Assembly (NCBI GenBank): GCA_001770655.1
Contig: MERQ01000001.1
Span: 32,739-96,738 of the forward strand
Direction: 5' to 3'
From: Betaproteobacteria bacterium RIFCSPLOWO2_12_FULL_68_20
Lineage (GTDB): Bacteria; Pseudomonadota; Gammaproteobacteria; Burkholderiales; SG8-39
DNA: 64,000 nucleotides
This document shows, one piece after another, positions 1 to 8,466 of the stretch (position 1 is the first letter of the stretch; each line of letters begins with the position of its first letter). The translations under genes and the position numbers were made by a program. Below the pieces are notes generated by a model, which did not search any database, was not told the DNA's origin, and was given only the letters and a program-made list of their open reading frames with translations.

Positions 1-53
1 GCAACGCGTACTTCGCACGCCGGGCGCTCCTCGGCTGCGGCCTCGACGACCGC

Positions 54-917
54 ATGACGCACGCGAGCTATTTTCTCTACAAGCTGCCCTGGCTGCGCTG
101 GCTCGGCCAGCGGCACCTCGCGTTCGTCCTGCGTTGCCTCGCGAACGCGGCGGTTCTCACGCGCGATCCGCGCCGCATCGCCGCCTTCCTGCGGCAGGCG
201 GACTGGAGGAGCCTGCGGCTGCGCGACCTCGCCCGGCTGCAGGCGGTCGACTTCGAGGCGCTCGCAAAGCGGGTCCGGCGCATCCGGCCGAAGGCCTACG
301 CCACGGCATGGGGCGGTTATCAGGCCGCCTACCGCGGCGCCGGCGGCACGCGCCAGCTGCCCGGGCGCTTCGAGCGCGTGGCGGGGCTCCTCGAGTCGTT
401 CGGCGTGAAAACCGTCGTGGAGCTCGCGGGCAACCAGGGCGCGCTCTCGCGCCGCATCGCGCGGATCCCGGGGCTGGAGAAGGTCGCCTGCACGGACGCC
501 GACGAAAACGCCGTCGACAGGCTGTATCTCGACGCCGGCCGGACCGCGCGCATCGTTCCCGCCGTGCTCGACTTCATGTTTCCCATGACCAACTATGCGG
601 GCAACGCGCCGCCCTCCGAGCGCTTTCGCGCCGATGCGGTGGTGGCGCTCGCAGTCACCCACCACCTTCTGCTTGGCCAGCGCCTGTCGCTGGAGCACGT
701 GCTCGCCACCCTGCGGGCGTTCGCCAACCGGTATGTGCTGGTGGAGTTCATGCCGCTGGGCCTGCACGATGGCAAGGGGCCGGTCGAGGTACCGTCCTGG
801 TACACGATCGGCTGGTTCAGGCGGGCGTTCGAGACGGCTTTCGAGCCCGTGCTGGAAGATTCGCTGGAGGAAAACCGGGTACTTTTCGTCGGCAAGGTGA
901 GAAAGGGCCGCGAATGA
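54..917 (+). CDS. SAM-dependent methyltransferase-like protein (possibly 5'-partial; frame stays open to the window edge)
   Basis: 287-aa ORF. The stretch VVELAGNQGALSRRIA...ACTDAD resembles a class I methyltransferase nucleotide-binding region. No in-frame stop lies between nt 3 and the first ATG. Its stop overlaps the next start (ATGA, 914-917). Confidence 0.5.
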   Translation: MTHASYFLYKLPWLRWLGQRHLAFVLRCLANAAVLTRDPRRIAAFLRQADWRSLRLRDLARLQAVDFEALAKRVRRIRPKAYATAWGGYQAAYRGAGGTRQLPGRFERVAGLLESFGVKTVVELAGNQGALSRRIARIPGLEKVACTDADENAVDRLYLDAGRTARIVPAVLDFMFPMTNYAGNAPPSERFRADAVVALAVTHHLLLGQRLSLEHVLATLRAFANRYVLVEFMPLGLHDGKGPVEVPSWYTIGWFRRAFETAFEPVLEDSLEENRVLFVGKVRKGRE

Positions 918-1672
918 CCACGCCGGACGAGCGCGCCGAGCGCGAGCGTGCCGCCTACAACGGGGGCAAGATGCTCGCGGCCTCCAGCGCGCTGCACCGG
1001 CGCTTTTCCCACGCCTTCGAATGCCCGAACACCTGGTACGGCGAAGCATACTGGGCCGCGCAGCTGGCGCGCGTCGTACCGGCAGCCGATGCGCTGGAGA
1101 TCGGTTGCTTCGACGGACGGCGGACGATCGATTACCTGGAGCTCAAGCCGCGGCGCCTGATCGGCATCGACATTTCGGAAGTCATGGTTCGCAAGGCCGT
1201 CGGGCGCGGGCTGGACGCAAGGGTGATGGACGCCCAGCGGCTCGAGTTCGCCGACGCATCATTCGACGTCGTGCTCGGCCGCGCCATCCTTCACCACTTG
1301 GACTACCAGGCGGCCATCGGGCAGATCCACCGCGTGCTGAGGCCGGGCGGTACGGCCGTCTTCATGGAGCCGCTGCGCGACAATCCGGCGTGGCAGCTGT
1401 TTCGCGCGCTCACTCCCGAAGCCCGCACCCCGGACGAACAGGCGCTCTCGCGCCAGCAGCTGCAGTGGGCCGATCGCCTGTTCGGCCGCGCCGAGCACTG
1501 CTTCATCGGCCTCGCTTCGACGGCGGTCGGAATGCTGGCTTCGTTCCTGCCGGTCGCTCACGACAACGCGGCGGCGCGGCTTGCCGACGGGCTCGACCGC
1601 GCCCTGCAGCGCACGCCGCTGCGCTACTGGATGCGCTATGCGATCCTGGTGTGGGAAAAATCGCGCCGCTAG
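914..1672 (+). CDS. class I SAM-dependent methyltransferase
   Basis: In-frame ATG inside track ORF 134..1672. Motifs: ALEIGCFDGRRT, IGIDIS, VLRPGGTAVFMEP. ATGA coupling to the upstream gene. Confidence 0.8.
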   Translation: MTTPDERAERERAAYNGGKMLAASSALHRRFSHAFECPNTWYGEAYWAAQLARVVPAADALEIGCFDGRRTIDYLELKPRRLIGIDISEVMVRKAVGRGLDARVMDAQRLEFADASFDVVLGRAILHHLDYQAAIGQIHRVLRPGGTAVFMEPLRDNPAWQLFRALTPEARTPDEQALSRQQLQWADRLFGRAEHCFIGLASTAVGMLASFLPVAHDNAAARLADGLDRALQRTPLRYWMRYAILVWEKSRR

Positions 1673-1682
1673 CTAGCGCGAA

Positions 1683-1747
1683 AGGCACGGGAAATCACGA
1701 GATCGGACAAAAAACGAATGCCACGAATTTCCGACTCGGGACACTAG
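1683..1747. repeat. variant or partial copy of the intergenic hairpin-repeat family; its right end embeds the stop codon of the minus-strand GT4 gene
   Basis: GGCACGGGAAATCACGAGATCGGACAAAAAACG resembles the right end of the 171-bp repeat (GCGCGGAAATGACGAGATCGGATAAAAGCG). The terminal CTCGGGACACTAG (1735-1747) is identical to 16889-16901. Confidence 0.5.
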
Positions 1748-2937
1748 CCCATCCAGGCGCTGAAATCGCCCGCCGCGCCGGCGCGGCGGAATTCCAGCCA
1801 GTCGCCGTACGCGCCCTCGACAAAGGCCGAGAACTCCCTGCGGAAGCGCTCGGCCGAAAAGCGCTCGGCGTTCTCGCGGCACGCTGCTTCGCTGATGCGC
1901 TCGCGGCTGGCCTCGAACTCGCGCACGGCCGCGGCGAGCGCGGCCGGCGTCTGGGCCTCGAAGAACGCGCCCGTGGGCGCACCGTGCTCGAGTCCGCGCA
2001 CCGTCTCGGCGACGCCGCCGCGCGCGAGCGCGATCACCGGCGTGCCGCAGGCCTGGGCCTCGAGCGGCGCGATGCCGAAGTCCTCGACCGCCGCGAAGAC
2101 GAACGCGCTCGCGCGCTGCAGGTGCTCGCGCACGGCGTCGGGCTCGATGCGGCCGACCAGCCGCACGTTGGCGGGCGCAACGGCCTTCAGACGCGAAAGC
2201 TGCGGCCCGTCGCCGATGACGACCAGTTGCCGATCCGGCATCGCCGCGAACGCGTTCACGATGAGGTCGACGCGCTTGTAGGACATGAGCCGCGTCATCG
2301 TGACGTAGCCGTCCCGGGGACCGCGGGAGCCGCCCGGCCGGAAGAACTCCGTGTCGACCGGCGGATGGATCACCGTCGCGCTGCGGCGGTAGGCCTTGAG
2401 GATGCGGCGCGCGACGAACGCCGAGTTGGCGACGAAGCGATCGACGCCGGCGGCAGAGCGCTGGTCCCACAGGCGCAGGCGATGCAGGAGCCAGCGTCCT
2501 GCCACGCCGCCGAGGCCGCGGCCGAGCCGCTCGCCGGCGAGGTAGGCGTGCTGCAGGTCCCAGGCATAGCGCATGGGCGAATGCACGTAGCCGACGTGGA
2601 GCGCGTCGGGAGAGGGAATGACGCCTTTCGCGACGGCGTGGCTGCTGGAGATGACGAGCTCGTAGCCGGTGACGTCGAGCTGCTCGATGGCGAGGGGCAT
2701 CAGCGGGAGATAGAGCCCGAGATGACGGGCGGCGCCCGGCATGTGCTGCAGGAAACTCGTGCGAGCGGTGCGTGGCCCGAGCGCGGCGCGTTGCGCAACC
2801 GGCATGCGGTCGATTAGCGCGAACAGGTCCGCGTGCGGAAAACAGCACAGGATCTCCGCGAGCACCCGCTCGGAGCCGGCGAAGTCCACGAGCCAGTCGT
2901 GAACCACCGCGATACGGACGTTGCTCAAGCTCGACAT
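1744..2937 (-). CDS. glycosyltransferase family 4 (GT-B fold)
   Basis: Last 397 codons of track ORF 1744..4674, starting MSSLSNVRIAVVHDWL. GT4-type C-terminal motif VFAAVEDFGIAPLEAQACGTPVIA. The upstream 579 codons of that track ORF are the antisense shadow of gene 3007..4689. Confidence 0.85.
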   Translation of the reverse strand: MSSLSNVRIAVVHDWLVDFAGSERVLAEILCCFPHADLFALIDRMPVAQRAALGPRTARTSFLQHMPGAARHLGLYLPLMPLAIEQLDVTGYELVISSSHAVAKGVIPSPDALHVGYVHSPMRYAWDLQHAYLAGERLGRGLGGVAGRWLLHRLRLWDQRSAAGVDRFVANSAFVARRILKAYRRSATVIHPPVDTEFFRPGGSRGPRDGYVTMTRLMSYKRVDLIVNAFAAMPDRQLVVIGDGPQLSRLKAVAPANVRLVGRIEPDAVREHLQRASAFVFAAVEDFGIAPLEAQACGTPVIALARGGVAETVRGLEHGAPTGAFFEAQTPAALAAAVREFEASRERISEAACRENAERFSAERFRREFSAFVEGAYGDWLEFRRAGAAGDFSAWMG

Positions 2938-3006
2938 CTGCTCAGGGCCGACATTCGCTCCCGCACCACACGTTTCTTGTATCCTTCCCCGCCAATCGAC
3001 GCGCCC

Positions 3007-4689
3007 ATGACCCTCCGCCTGCCCGACCGTGCGTCGTGGTTTCTTCTCTGGTGCCTGCTCGGCGCGGGAGCCGTCCAGCTGTATCTCGCCGGCCCGCTGC
3101 AGCCCGCGCCGTCCGGGTTCAGCGCGATTTTCTGGTATCTCCTCAAATCGCTCGATCCGGCGAGCAACGTGCTTCTCCTCGTGCTCGCCGTCGTCGCCTT
3201 CGCGTTGCGCGACCGCCCCGGGTGGCAGCCGGTCCTGCGCTTCGCCGGATCGCGACCGCTTGCCGTGGCGACCGCCGTTTTCGTGCTTCTCAGCCTCGGC
3301 GCGCTGCTCGCCTACCGCGGGCGGCCGCTCAGCATGGACGAGTATAGCGCCGTGTTCCAGGCGAAGGCTTTCGCGGCGGGGCGGCTCTCCGGCGAGCTGC
3401 CGGTCGAGTTGCTCGACCGGCTCGTTCCGCGCGGCTTCCAGGGCCTTTTCATCACCGTGTCGCGCGCGACTGGCGAGGCGGCTTCGACCTACTGGCCCAC
3501 GTTCTCTCTGCTGCTTGCGCCGTTCGAGCGGTTCGGCGCGTCTTGGGCGCTCAACCCGGTGCTCGGGTCGCTCAGCCTCCTCGCGATCCATCGGCTTGCC
3601 AAGCGCGTTTCCGGCTCGCAGGAGGCAGGCGCGTGGGCGATGCTGTTCACGCTCGCCTCGCCGGCCTTCGTCGTGAACGCGATGTCGTACTACGCGATGA
3701 CCGCGCACCTCCTTGCGAACGCCGTCTTCGCGCTGCTGCTCGTCGATGCGACGCCGAGGCGCGCGCTCGCTGCCGGGTTCGTCGGCGCGCTCGCCCTCAC
3801 GCTCCACAATCCCCTGCCGCACCTGCTGTTCGCCGTGCCCTTCATCGTATGGCTCGCTGCGCGCGGCGGCTCGCTCCGCCTCCTCGCATGCCTCGCCGTC
3901 GGCTACCTTTCGGTCGGACTTTCCGTCGGACTGGGCTGGAAAATGTTCCTGAAGGCGCTGGCGAGCGCGGACAGCGGCGCCGCGCAGGCGATCGTCCCGT
4001 CGCAGGGCGCCGCCGCAGGCATCGTGAAGCTGGCGGCGGACCAGCTGGCGATCTTCGCGCCGCCCACGCTGCAGGTGCTGCAGGCGCGCATCTACGGGCT
4101 GACCAAGCTCTGGACCTGGGCCGCTGCGGGCCTCGTGGTCCTGGCGCTCTGGGGCTATTGGCTCACGCGCCATCGCACCGAGGTGCGCGTGCTCGCGCTC
4201 GCGCTTGTCGCCACCTTCGTCGGCTATCTTTTCATCCGCTTCGACCAGGGGCATGGCTGGGGCTTCCGCTACCTGCATTCGGCGTGGTTCGTCCTGCCCT
4301 TGCTGGCCGCGCTGGCGCTCACCGCGATGCCGCGCGACAAGCTGCCGGGGTCGAATGCCGGCCTGCACGGCATGGCAGGCTGGTGCCTGGTGCTCTCGCT
4401 CGTGCTCGCGAATGCGCTGCGCATCTTCCAGGTGGACACTTTCGTGCGCGCGCATCTCGGCCAGGTGCCGCCGCTTGCGAGCGGGGAAGCTGCGCGCGTG
4501 CCGAGCGTGGTGTTCGTCGACGCGTCGCGCGGCTTCTACGCCTACGACCTGGTCCAGAATCATCCGCTGCTGCGCGAGAGCCCGGTCGTCATGCTCGGCC
4601 GGGATTCGGACGGGCTGATGGCGCGGCACTTTCCCGGCTATGTCCGAGTCGCCTCCGGGCAGTGGGGCGAACACTGGGTGAAGAAATGA
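3007..4689 (+). CDS. polytopic membrane glycosyltransferase, GT-C fold (ArnT/PMT_2-like)
   Basis: 560 aa with many hydrophobic helices. The early loop motif RPLSMDEYSAVFQAKAF resembles the DE..Y motif of ArnT/PMT-type enzymes. Its stop overlaps the start of the next GT2 (ATGA 4686-4689). Confidence 0.6.
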   Translation: MTLRLPDRASWFLLWCLLGAGAVQLYLAGPLQPAPSGFSAIFWYLLKSLDPASNVLLLVLAVVAFALRDRPGWQPVLRFAGSRPLAVATAVFVLLSLGALLAYRGRPLSMDEYSAVFQAKAFAAGRLSGELPVELLDRLVPRGFQGLFITVSRATGEAASTYWPTFSLLLAPFERFGASWALNPVLGSLSLLAIHRLAKRVSGSQEAGAWAMLFTLASPAFVVNAMSYYAMTAHLLANAVFALLLVDATPRRALAAGFVGALALTLHNPLPHLLFAVPFIVWLAARGGSLRLLACLAVGYLSVGLSVGLGWKMFLKALASADSGAAQAIVPSQGAAAGIVKLAADQLAIFAPPTLQVLQARIYGLTKLWTWAAAGLVVLALWGYWLTRHRTEVRVLALALVATFVGYLFIRFDQGHGWGFRYLHSAWFVLPLLAALALTAMPRDKLPGSNAGLHGMAGWCLVLSLVLANALRIFQVDTFVRAHLGQVPPLASGEAARVPSVVFVDASRGFYAYDLVQNHPLLRESPVVMLGRDSDGLMARHFPGYVRVASGQWGEHWVKK

Positions 4690-5891
4690 GCGATGTGCGC
4701 CGCGGCGTCGCCACCGACCCGGACGTATCGGTCGTGTTGCCGTGCCTGAATGAGGAGGAGACGCTCGCCCATTGCGTCGGGCAGGCGCAGCGCGCCTTCG
4801 CCGCGCTCGGCGTGCGCGGGCAGGTGGTGGTGGCGGACAACGGTTCGACCGATCGTTCGGCCGAGATCGCGCGGCGCCTTGGCGCCAAGGTGGTGCGCGA
4901 GCCCGTGCGCGGCTATGGCGCGGCGCTGATGGCCGGTTTCGAGGCGGCGGACGCCGAATTCATCGTCATGGGGGACGCCGACGGCTCGTACGACTTCGGC
5001 TCGATCGGCCCCTTCCTCGACAAGCTGCGCAGCGGCTACGACCTCGTGCTCGGCAACCGATTCGCCGGAGGCATCCGCAAAGGCGCCATGTCGGTGCTGC
5101 ACCGCTATTTCGGCAACCCGGTGCTGTCCTTCCTTGGGCGCTCCATCTCCCGCGCGCCGGTGGGCGACTTCCATTGCGGCCTGCGCGCGCTCTCCAAGAC
5201 CGCCTACCGCAGCATGGGCCTGCGCACGCGCGGCATGGAGTTCGCCACCGAGATGGTGGTGGCCGCGGCCAAGCAGGGCTTGCGGATCACCGAAGTTCCC
5301 ACCGTGCTGCATCCCGACCGCCGCAGCCGTCCGCCTCATCTGCGCTCGTTCCGCGACGGCTGGCGGCATCTGCGCTTCATCGTGACCTGCGCCCCCGACC
5401 ACGTGTATGCCGTGCCAGGCGTCGTGCTTTTCCTCGCCGGCATGGTGCTGCAGACCGCGCTCGTCGCCGGCCCGATCGACGTGGGCGGCATGACGCTCGG
5501 CATCCATTTCGTCGCGCTCGGCGGGCTGCTCGCGCTGGTGGGCGTGAACATCCTCATGCTCGGAGTGCTCGCCAAGCTCGCCATCGCGCAGATGTACCCG
5601 AACCTCAGCAGCCGGACGGCGCGCTGGGTCCTCACGCGCTTCCGCCTGGAATGGGGGCTCGCCGCCGGCACCGTGCTCATCCTGCTCGGCGCCGCAGTCG
5701 ACGTCGTGATCTTCGTGCGCTGGGTGGGCTCCGGCCGCGGGCCGCTCGACGATACCGTTCACGCGGCGTTCGTCGCCACGACGGCCATGGTGATCGGCAT
5801 CAGCCTGATATTCTTTGCGTTTCTGCTCAACCTGTTCCGCCTCGCCGACCGCGAGCGCGAGGCGGCACCGGCCCGGGAGCCGAGAACATGA
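4686..5891 (+). CDS. polyprenyl-phosphate glycosyltransferase, GT2 with C-terminal membrane helices (ArnC/GtrB/DPM1-like)
   Basis: Motifs VSVVLPCLNEEETL, VVADNGSTDRS and IVMGDADGSYDF (DxD), followed by about 4 hydrophobic helices. Confidence 0.8.
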   Translation: MSDVRRGVATDPDVSVVLPCLNEEETLAHCVGQAQRAFAALGVRGQVVVADNGSTDRSAEIARRLGAKVVREPVRGYGAALMAGFEAADAEFIVMGDADGSYDFGSIGPFLDKLRSGYDLVLGNRFAGGIRKGAMSVLHRYFGNPVLSFLGRSISRAPVGDFHCGLRALSKTAYRSMGLRTRGMEFATEMVVAAAKQGLRITEVPTVLHPDRRSRPPHLRSFRDGWRHLRFIVTCAPDHVYAVPGVVLFLAGMVLQTALVAGPIDVGGMTLGIHFVALGGLLALVGVNILMLGVLAKLAIAQMYPNLSSRTARWVLTRFRLEWGLAAGTVLILLGAAVDVVIFVRWVGSGRGPLDDTVHAAFVATTAMVIGISLIFFAFLLNLFRLADREREAAPAREPRT

Positions 5892-6319
5892 TCGAAACCT
5901 ATCAGCACCAGAACCACACGCTCGCCATCGTGGTGCGGTGCGATTTCCGGCGCGACGGCATCGAGTTCTTCACGCCGCCTGAGTTCTCGCAGCAGCTCGC
6001 GTACATGAACCGGCCGGCCGGCTACGTGATCGCCCCCCACGTGCACAACCGGGTGCCGCGCGAAGTCCAGTACACGCAGGAGGTGCTGTTCGTGAAGAGC
6101 GGCCGGGTGCGGGTCGACCTCTACGACGAAGACCGGCACATCGTCCGCAGCCTGGAGCTGGGGCGGGGCGACGTGATCCTGCTCGCGAGCGGCGGCCACG
6201 GCTTCGAGATGCTCGAAGCCTGCGAGATGATCGAGGTCAAGCAGGGACCGCACGTCGGCGAGGGCGACAAGACGCGCTTCGAACCCGAGCTGCGCGGCGG
6301 CACCGGCGGTACGGAGTGA
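5888..6319 (+). CDS. cupin-fold protein, candidate sugar-nucleotide ketoisomerase or epimerase
   Basis: 143 aa. Cupin-like GYVIAPHVHNRV ... EVLFVKSGRVRVDLYD ... GGHGFEML. ATGA coupling to the upstream GT2. Confidence 0.5.
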   Translation: MIETYQHQNHTLAIVVRCDFRRDGIEFFTPPEFSQQLAYMNRPAGYVIAPHVHNRVPREVQYTQEVLFVKSGRVRVDLYDEDRHIVRSLELGRGDVILLASGGHGFEMLEACEMIEVKQGPHVGEGDKTRFEPELRGGTGGTE

Positions 6320-6326
6320 ACGCCAC

Positions 6327-7193
6327 GTGATCGGGCGCGTATCGAGTCTAGCCCGGAAAGTCGCGCGGCGCCTGCGCGGCGAGATGACGCTGCTCACGCA
6401 GCGCGACGCTCCGATCTACCGCTCTCCGGATGCCCCGGAGCTCGCGGCGATCGAGCGCGAGCTCGAGGCACTGGGCCTGGCGGTGCAGGACTGGCGCATC
6501 GATCCGGCGCGGCTCGCCGAATTCCGTCGGCTGCATCCGTTTCCGCCGCACTATCACGGCGGCGTCGGCTCGCGCGTGTGGGACGAGAAGCTGCTCGAGC
6601 ATTTCGCCGCCTGGAGCCTGCTCGACCTGGGCCGCCCGGGCGCCGTCTACATCGACGTGGCCGGCGCGTCGAGCCCGTGGGCGACGCTGCTGCGGCGCCG
6701 TGGCGTCGAGGCGCACAGCGTGGACCTGCACGTGCATCCCGCCTACCGCGCGCTCGACTACTACGTGGAATGCGATGCGACGCGCCTGCCGTGGCCCGAC
6801 GCCAGCGTGGACGCGATGTCCCTGCAATGCGCCTTCGAGATGTTCGTGGGCGAGGACGACGCGCGCTTCGTGCGCGAGGCGTGGCGCGTGCTGAAGCCCG
6901 GCGGGTCGGTCCTCGTGGTGCCGCTGTACCTGCACACGCACGCCTGCTACTACGCGACGCCCGAGTACTACGACCAGCGCCTCGGGGACCCGGGCGCCGC
7001 CCGGTATCTGTGGAAGGGCAGCTGGGGCGTGCCGGCGTCGCGCAAGTACTCCGCGCGCACGCTGCTCGAGCGGGTGGTCGCGCCGGCCCGGCAGCTCGGC
7101 TTCCAGGAGACCGTGCGGGCGCTGCGCAACGCGCAGGCGGGCGGCGAGGGCATCTACCTGCACTTCATCCTGCGCCTGGCGAAGCCCGCTTGA
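6327..7193 (+). CDS. SAM-dependent methyltransferase (Methyltransf_11-like)
   Basis: 288-aa ORF with a GTG start. Motifs AVYIDVAGASSPW, VLKPGGSVLVVPLY. Confidence 0.6.
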   Translation: MIGRVSSLARKVARRLRGEMTLLTQRDAPIYRSPDAPELAAIERELEALGLAVQDWRIDPARLAEFRRLHPFPPHYHGGVGSRVWDEKLLEHFAAWSLLDLGRPGAVYIDVAGASSPWATLLRRRGVEAHSVDLHVHPAYRALDYYVECDATRLPWPDASVDAMSLQCAFEMFVGEDDARFVREAWRVLKPGGSVLVVPLYLHTHACYYATPEYYDQRLGDPGAARYLWKGSWGVPASRKYSARTLLERVVAPARQLGFQETVRALRNAQAGGEGIYLHFILRLAKPA

Positions 7194-7356
7194 TTCAGGC
7201 GCACCCGGGGATCACGGTCGTCACGATCTGCCGCAATGCCGCGGGCGCTGAACGCAGGCGACGCGTTCATCGGCGCGCACGCCTTGCGCCGTCTCGCGCA
7301 GGGCTGCGCACGCGGCGCACGCAGCGTGTGATGATACCTTCGGTCCAACTGTGCCG

Positions 7357-8466
7357 ATGATCCCGGTCAACGAGCCGCTGCTCGACGGCAACGAGCGCAA
7401 GTACCTGCTCGAGTGCCTCGACACGGGATGGATCTCCTCGGAGGGCCCGTTCGTCGAGCGCTTCGAGGCCGCCTTCGCCGCGCGCGTCGGCCGCCGCCAC
7501 GGCGTCGCGGTGACCAGCGGCTCCGCGGCGCTCGAGCTCGGCGTCGCCGCGCTCGGCATCGGCCCCGGCGACGAGGTGATCCTGCCGGCGTTCACCATCA
7601 TTTCGTGCGCGGCGCCGGTGGTGCGCGCCGGCGCGCGCCCGGTGCTGGTGGACAGCGACCCTTTCACCTGGAACATGGACGCGGCGCAGGTCGAGGCGCG
7701 CATCACGCCGCGCACCCGCGCCGTCATGGCGGTGCATCTCTACGGCCTGCCGGTGGACATGGACCCAATCCTCGCCGCCGCCGCGAAGCGCGGCGTCGCG
7801 GTGATCGAGGACGCCGCCGAGATGCACGGCCAGACCTATCGCGGGCGAGCCTGCGGCAGCTTCGGCGCGCTCTCCGCCTTCAGCTTCTACCCGAACAAGC
7901 ACGTCACCACCGGGGAAGGCGGAATGGTCGTCACCGACGACGCGGCGCTCGCCGATCGGCTCAGGTCGATGCGCAACCTGTGCTTCCGGCCCGAGGCGCG
8001 CTTCGTCCACGAAGAGCTCGGCTGGAACTATCGCCTCACCAACCTGCAGGCGGCGCTCGGGCTCGCCCAGCTCGAGAAGCTCGACCGGACGCTCGCGCGC
8101 AAGCGCGCGATGGGCGCGGCCTACCGGCGCCTGCTGGAAGGGCTCGAGGGCGTGCAGTTGCCGCTCGATCGCACCGACTACGCCGAGAGCGTCTACTGGG
8201 TCTACGGGCTGGTGCTCGACGCGGCGCGCGGCCTCGATGCGCGCGAGGCGATGCAGCGGCTGGGCGCCGCGGGCGTGGGCACGCGCCCGTTCTTCTGGCC
8301 GATGCACCGGCAACCCGTGTTCGAGAAGATGGGCCTGTTCGCGGGCGAGCGTTACCCCGTCGCCGAGCGCCTTGGCACGCACGGCTTTTACTTGCCAAGC
8401 GGCGTGGCGCTGCAACCCGCGCAGATCGAGACGGTGGCGCGCGAGGTGAGAGCGCTTCTCGCATGA
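7357..8466 (+). CDS. DegT/DnrJ/EryC1/StrS-family sugar-nucleotide aminotransferase (PLP-dependent)
   Basis: N-terminus MIPVNEPLLDGNERKYLLECLDTGWISSEGPFV. PLP-lysine context SFYPNKHVTTGEGG. The ATG at 7357 is preferred over the GTG at 7351. Confidence 0.9.
   Translation: MIPVNEPLLDGNERKYLLECLDTGWISSEGPFVERFEAAFAARVGRRHGVAVTSGSAALELGVAALGIGPGDEVILPAFTIISCAAPVVRAGARPVLVDSDPFTWNMDAAQVEARITPRTRAVMAVHLYGLPVDMDPILAAAAKRGVAVIEDAAEMHGQTYRGRACGSFGALSAFSFYPNKHVTTGEGGMVVTDDAALADRLRSMRNLCFRPEARFVHEELGWNYRLTNLQAALGLAQLEKLDRTLARKRAMGAAYRRLLEGLEGVQLPLDRTDYAESVYWVYGLVLDAARGLDAREAMQRLGAAGVGTRPFFWPMHRQPVFEKMGLFAGERYPVAERLGTHGFYLPSGVALQPAQIETVAREVRALLA

Noticed and set aside
1744-4674. 976-aa minus-strand ORF that looks like one giant gene
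   Set aside because: Only the last 397 codons carry glycosyltransferase motifs. The first 579 codons are Arg/His/Glu/Gly-rich low-complexity sequence lying exactly antisense to the well-supported membrane-protein gene 3007..4689. This is a typical GC-rich shadow ORF.
7194-7350. Short peptide PGITVVTICRNAAG resembling the N-terminus of a GT2 glycosyltransferase in the spacer before the aminotransferase
   Set aside because: Only about 14 residues are similar, followed by Arg-rich nonsense. This is too short to distinguish a decayed gene fragment from chance.
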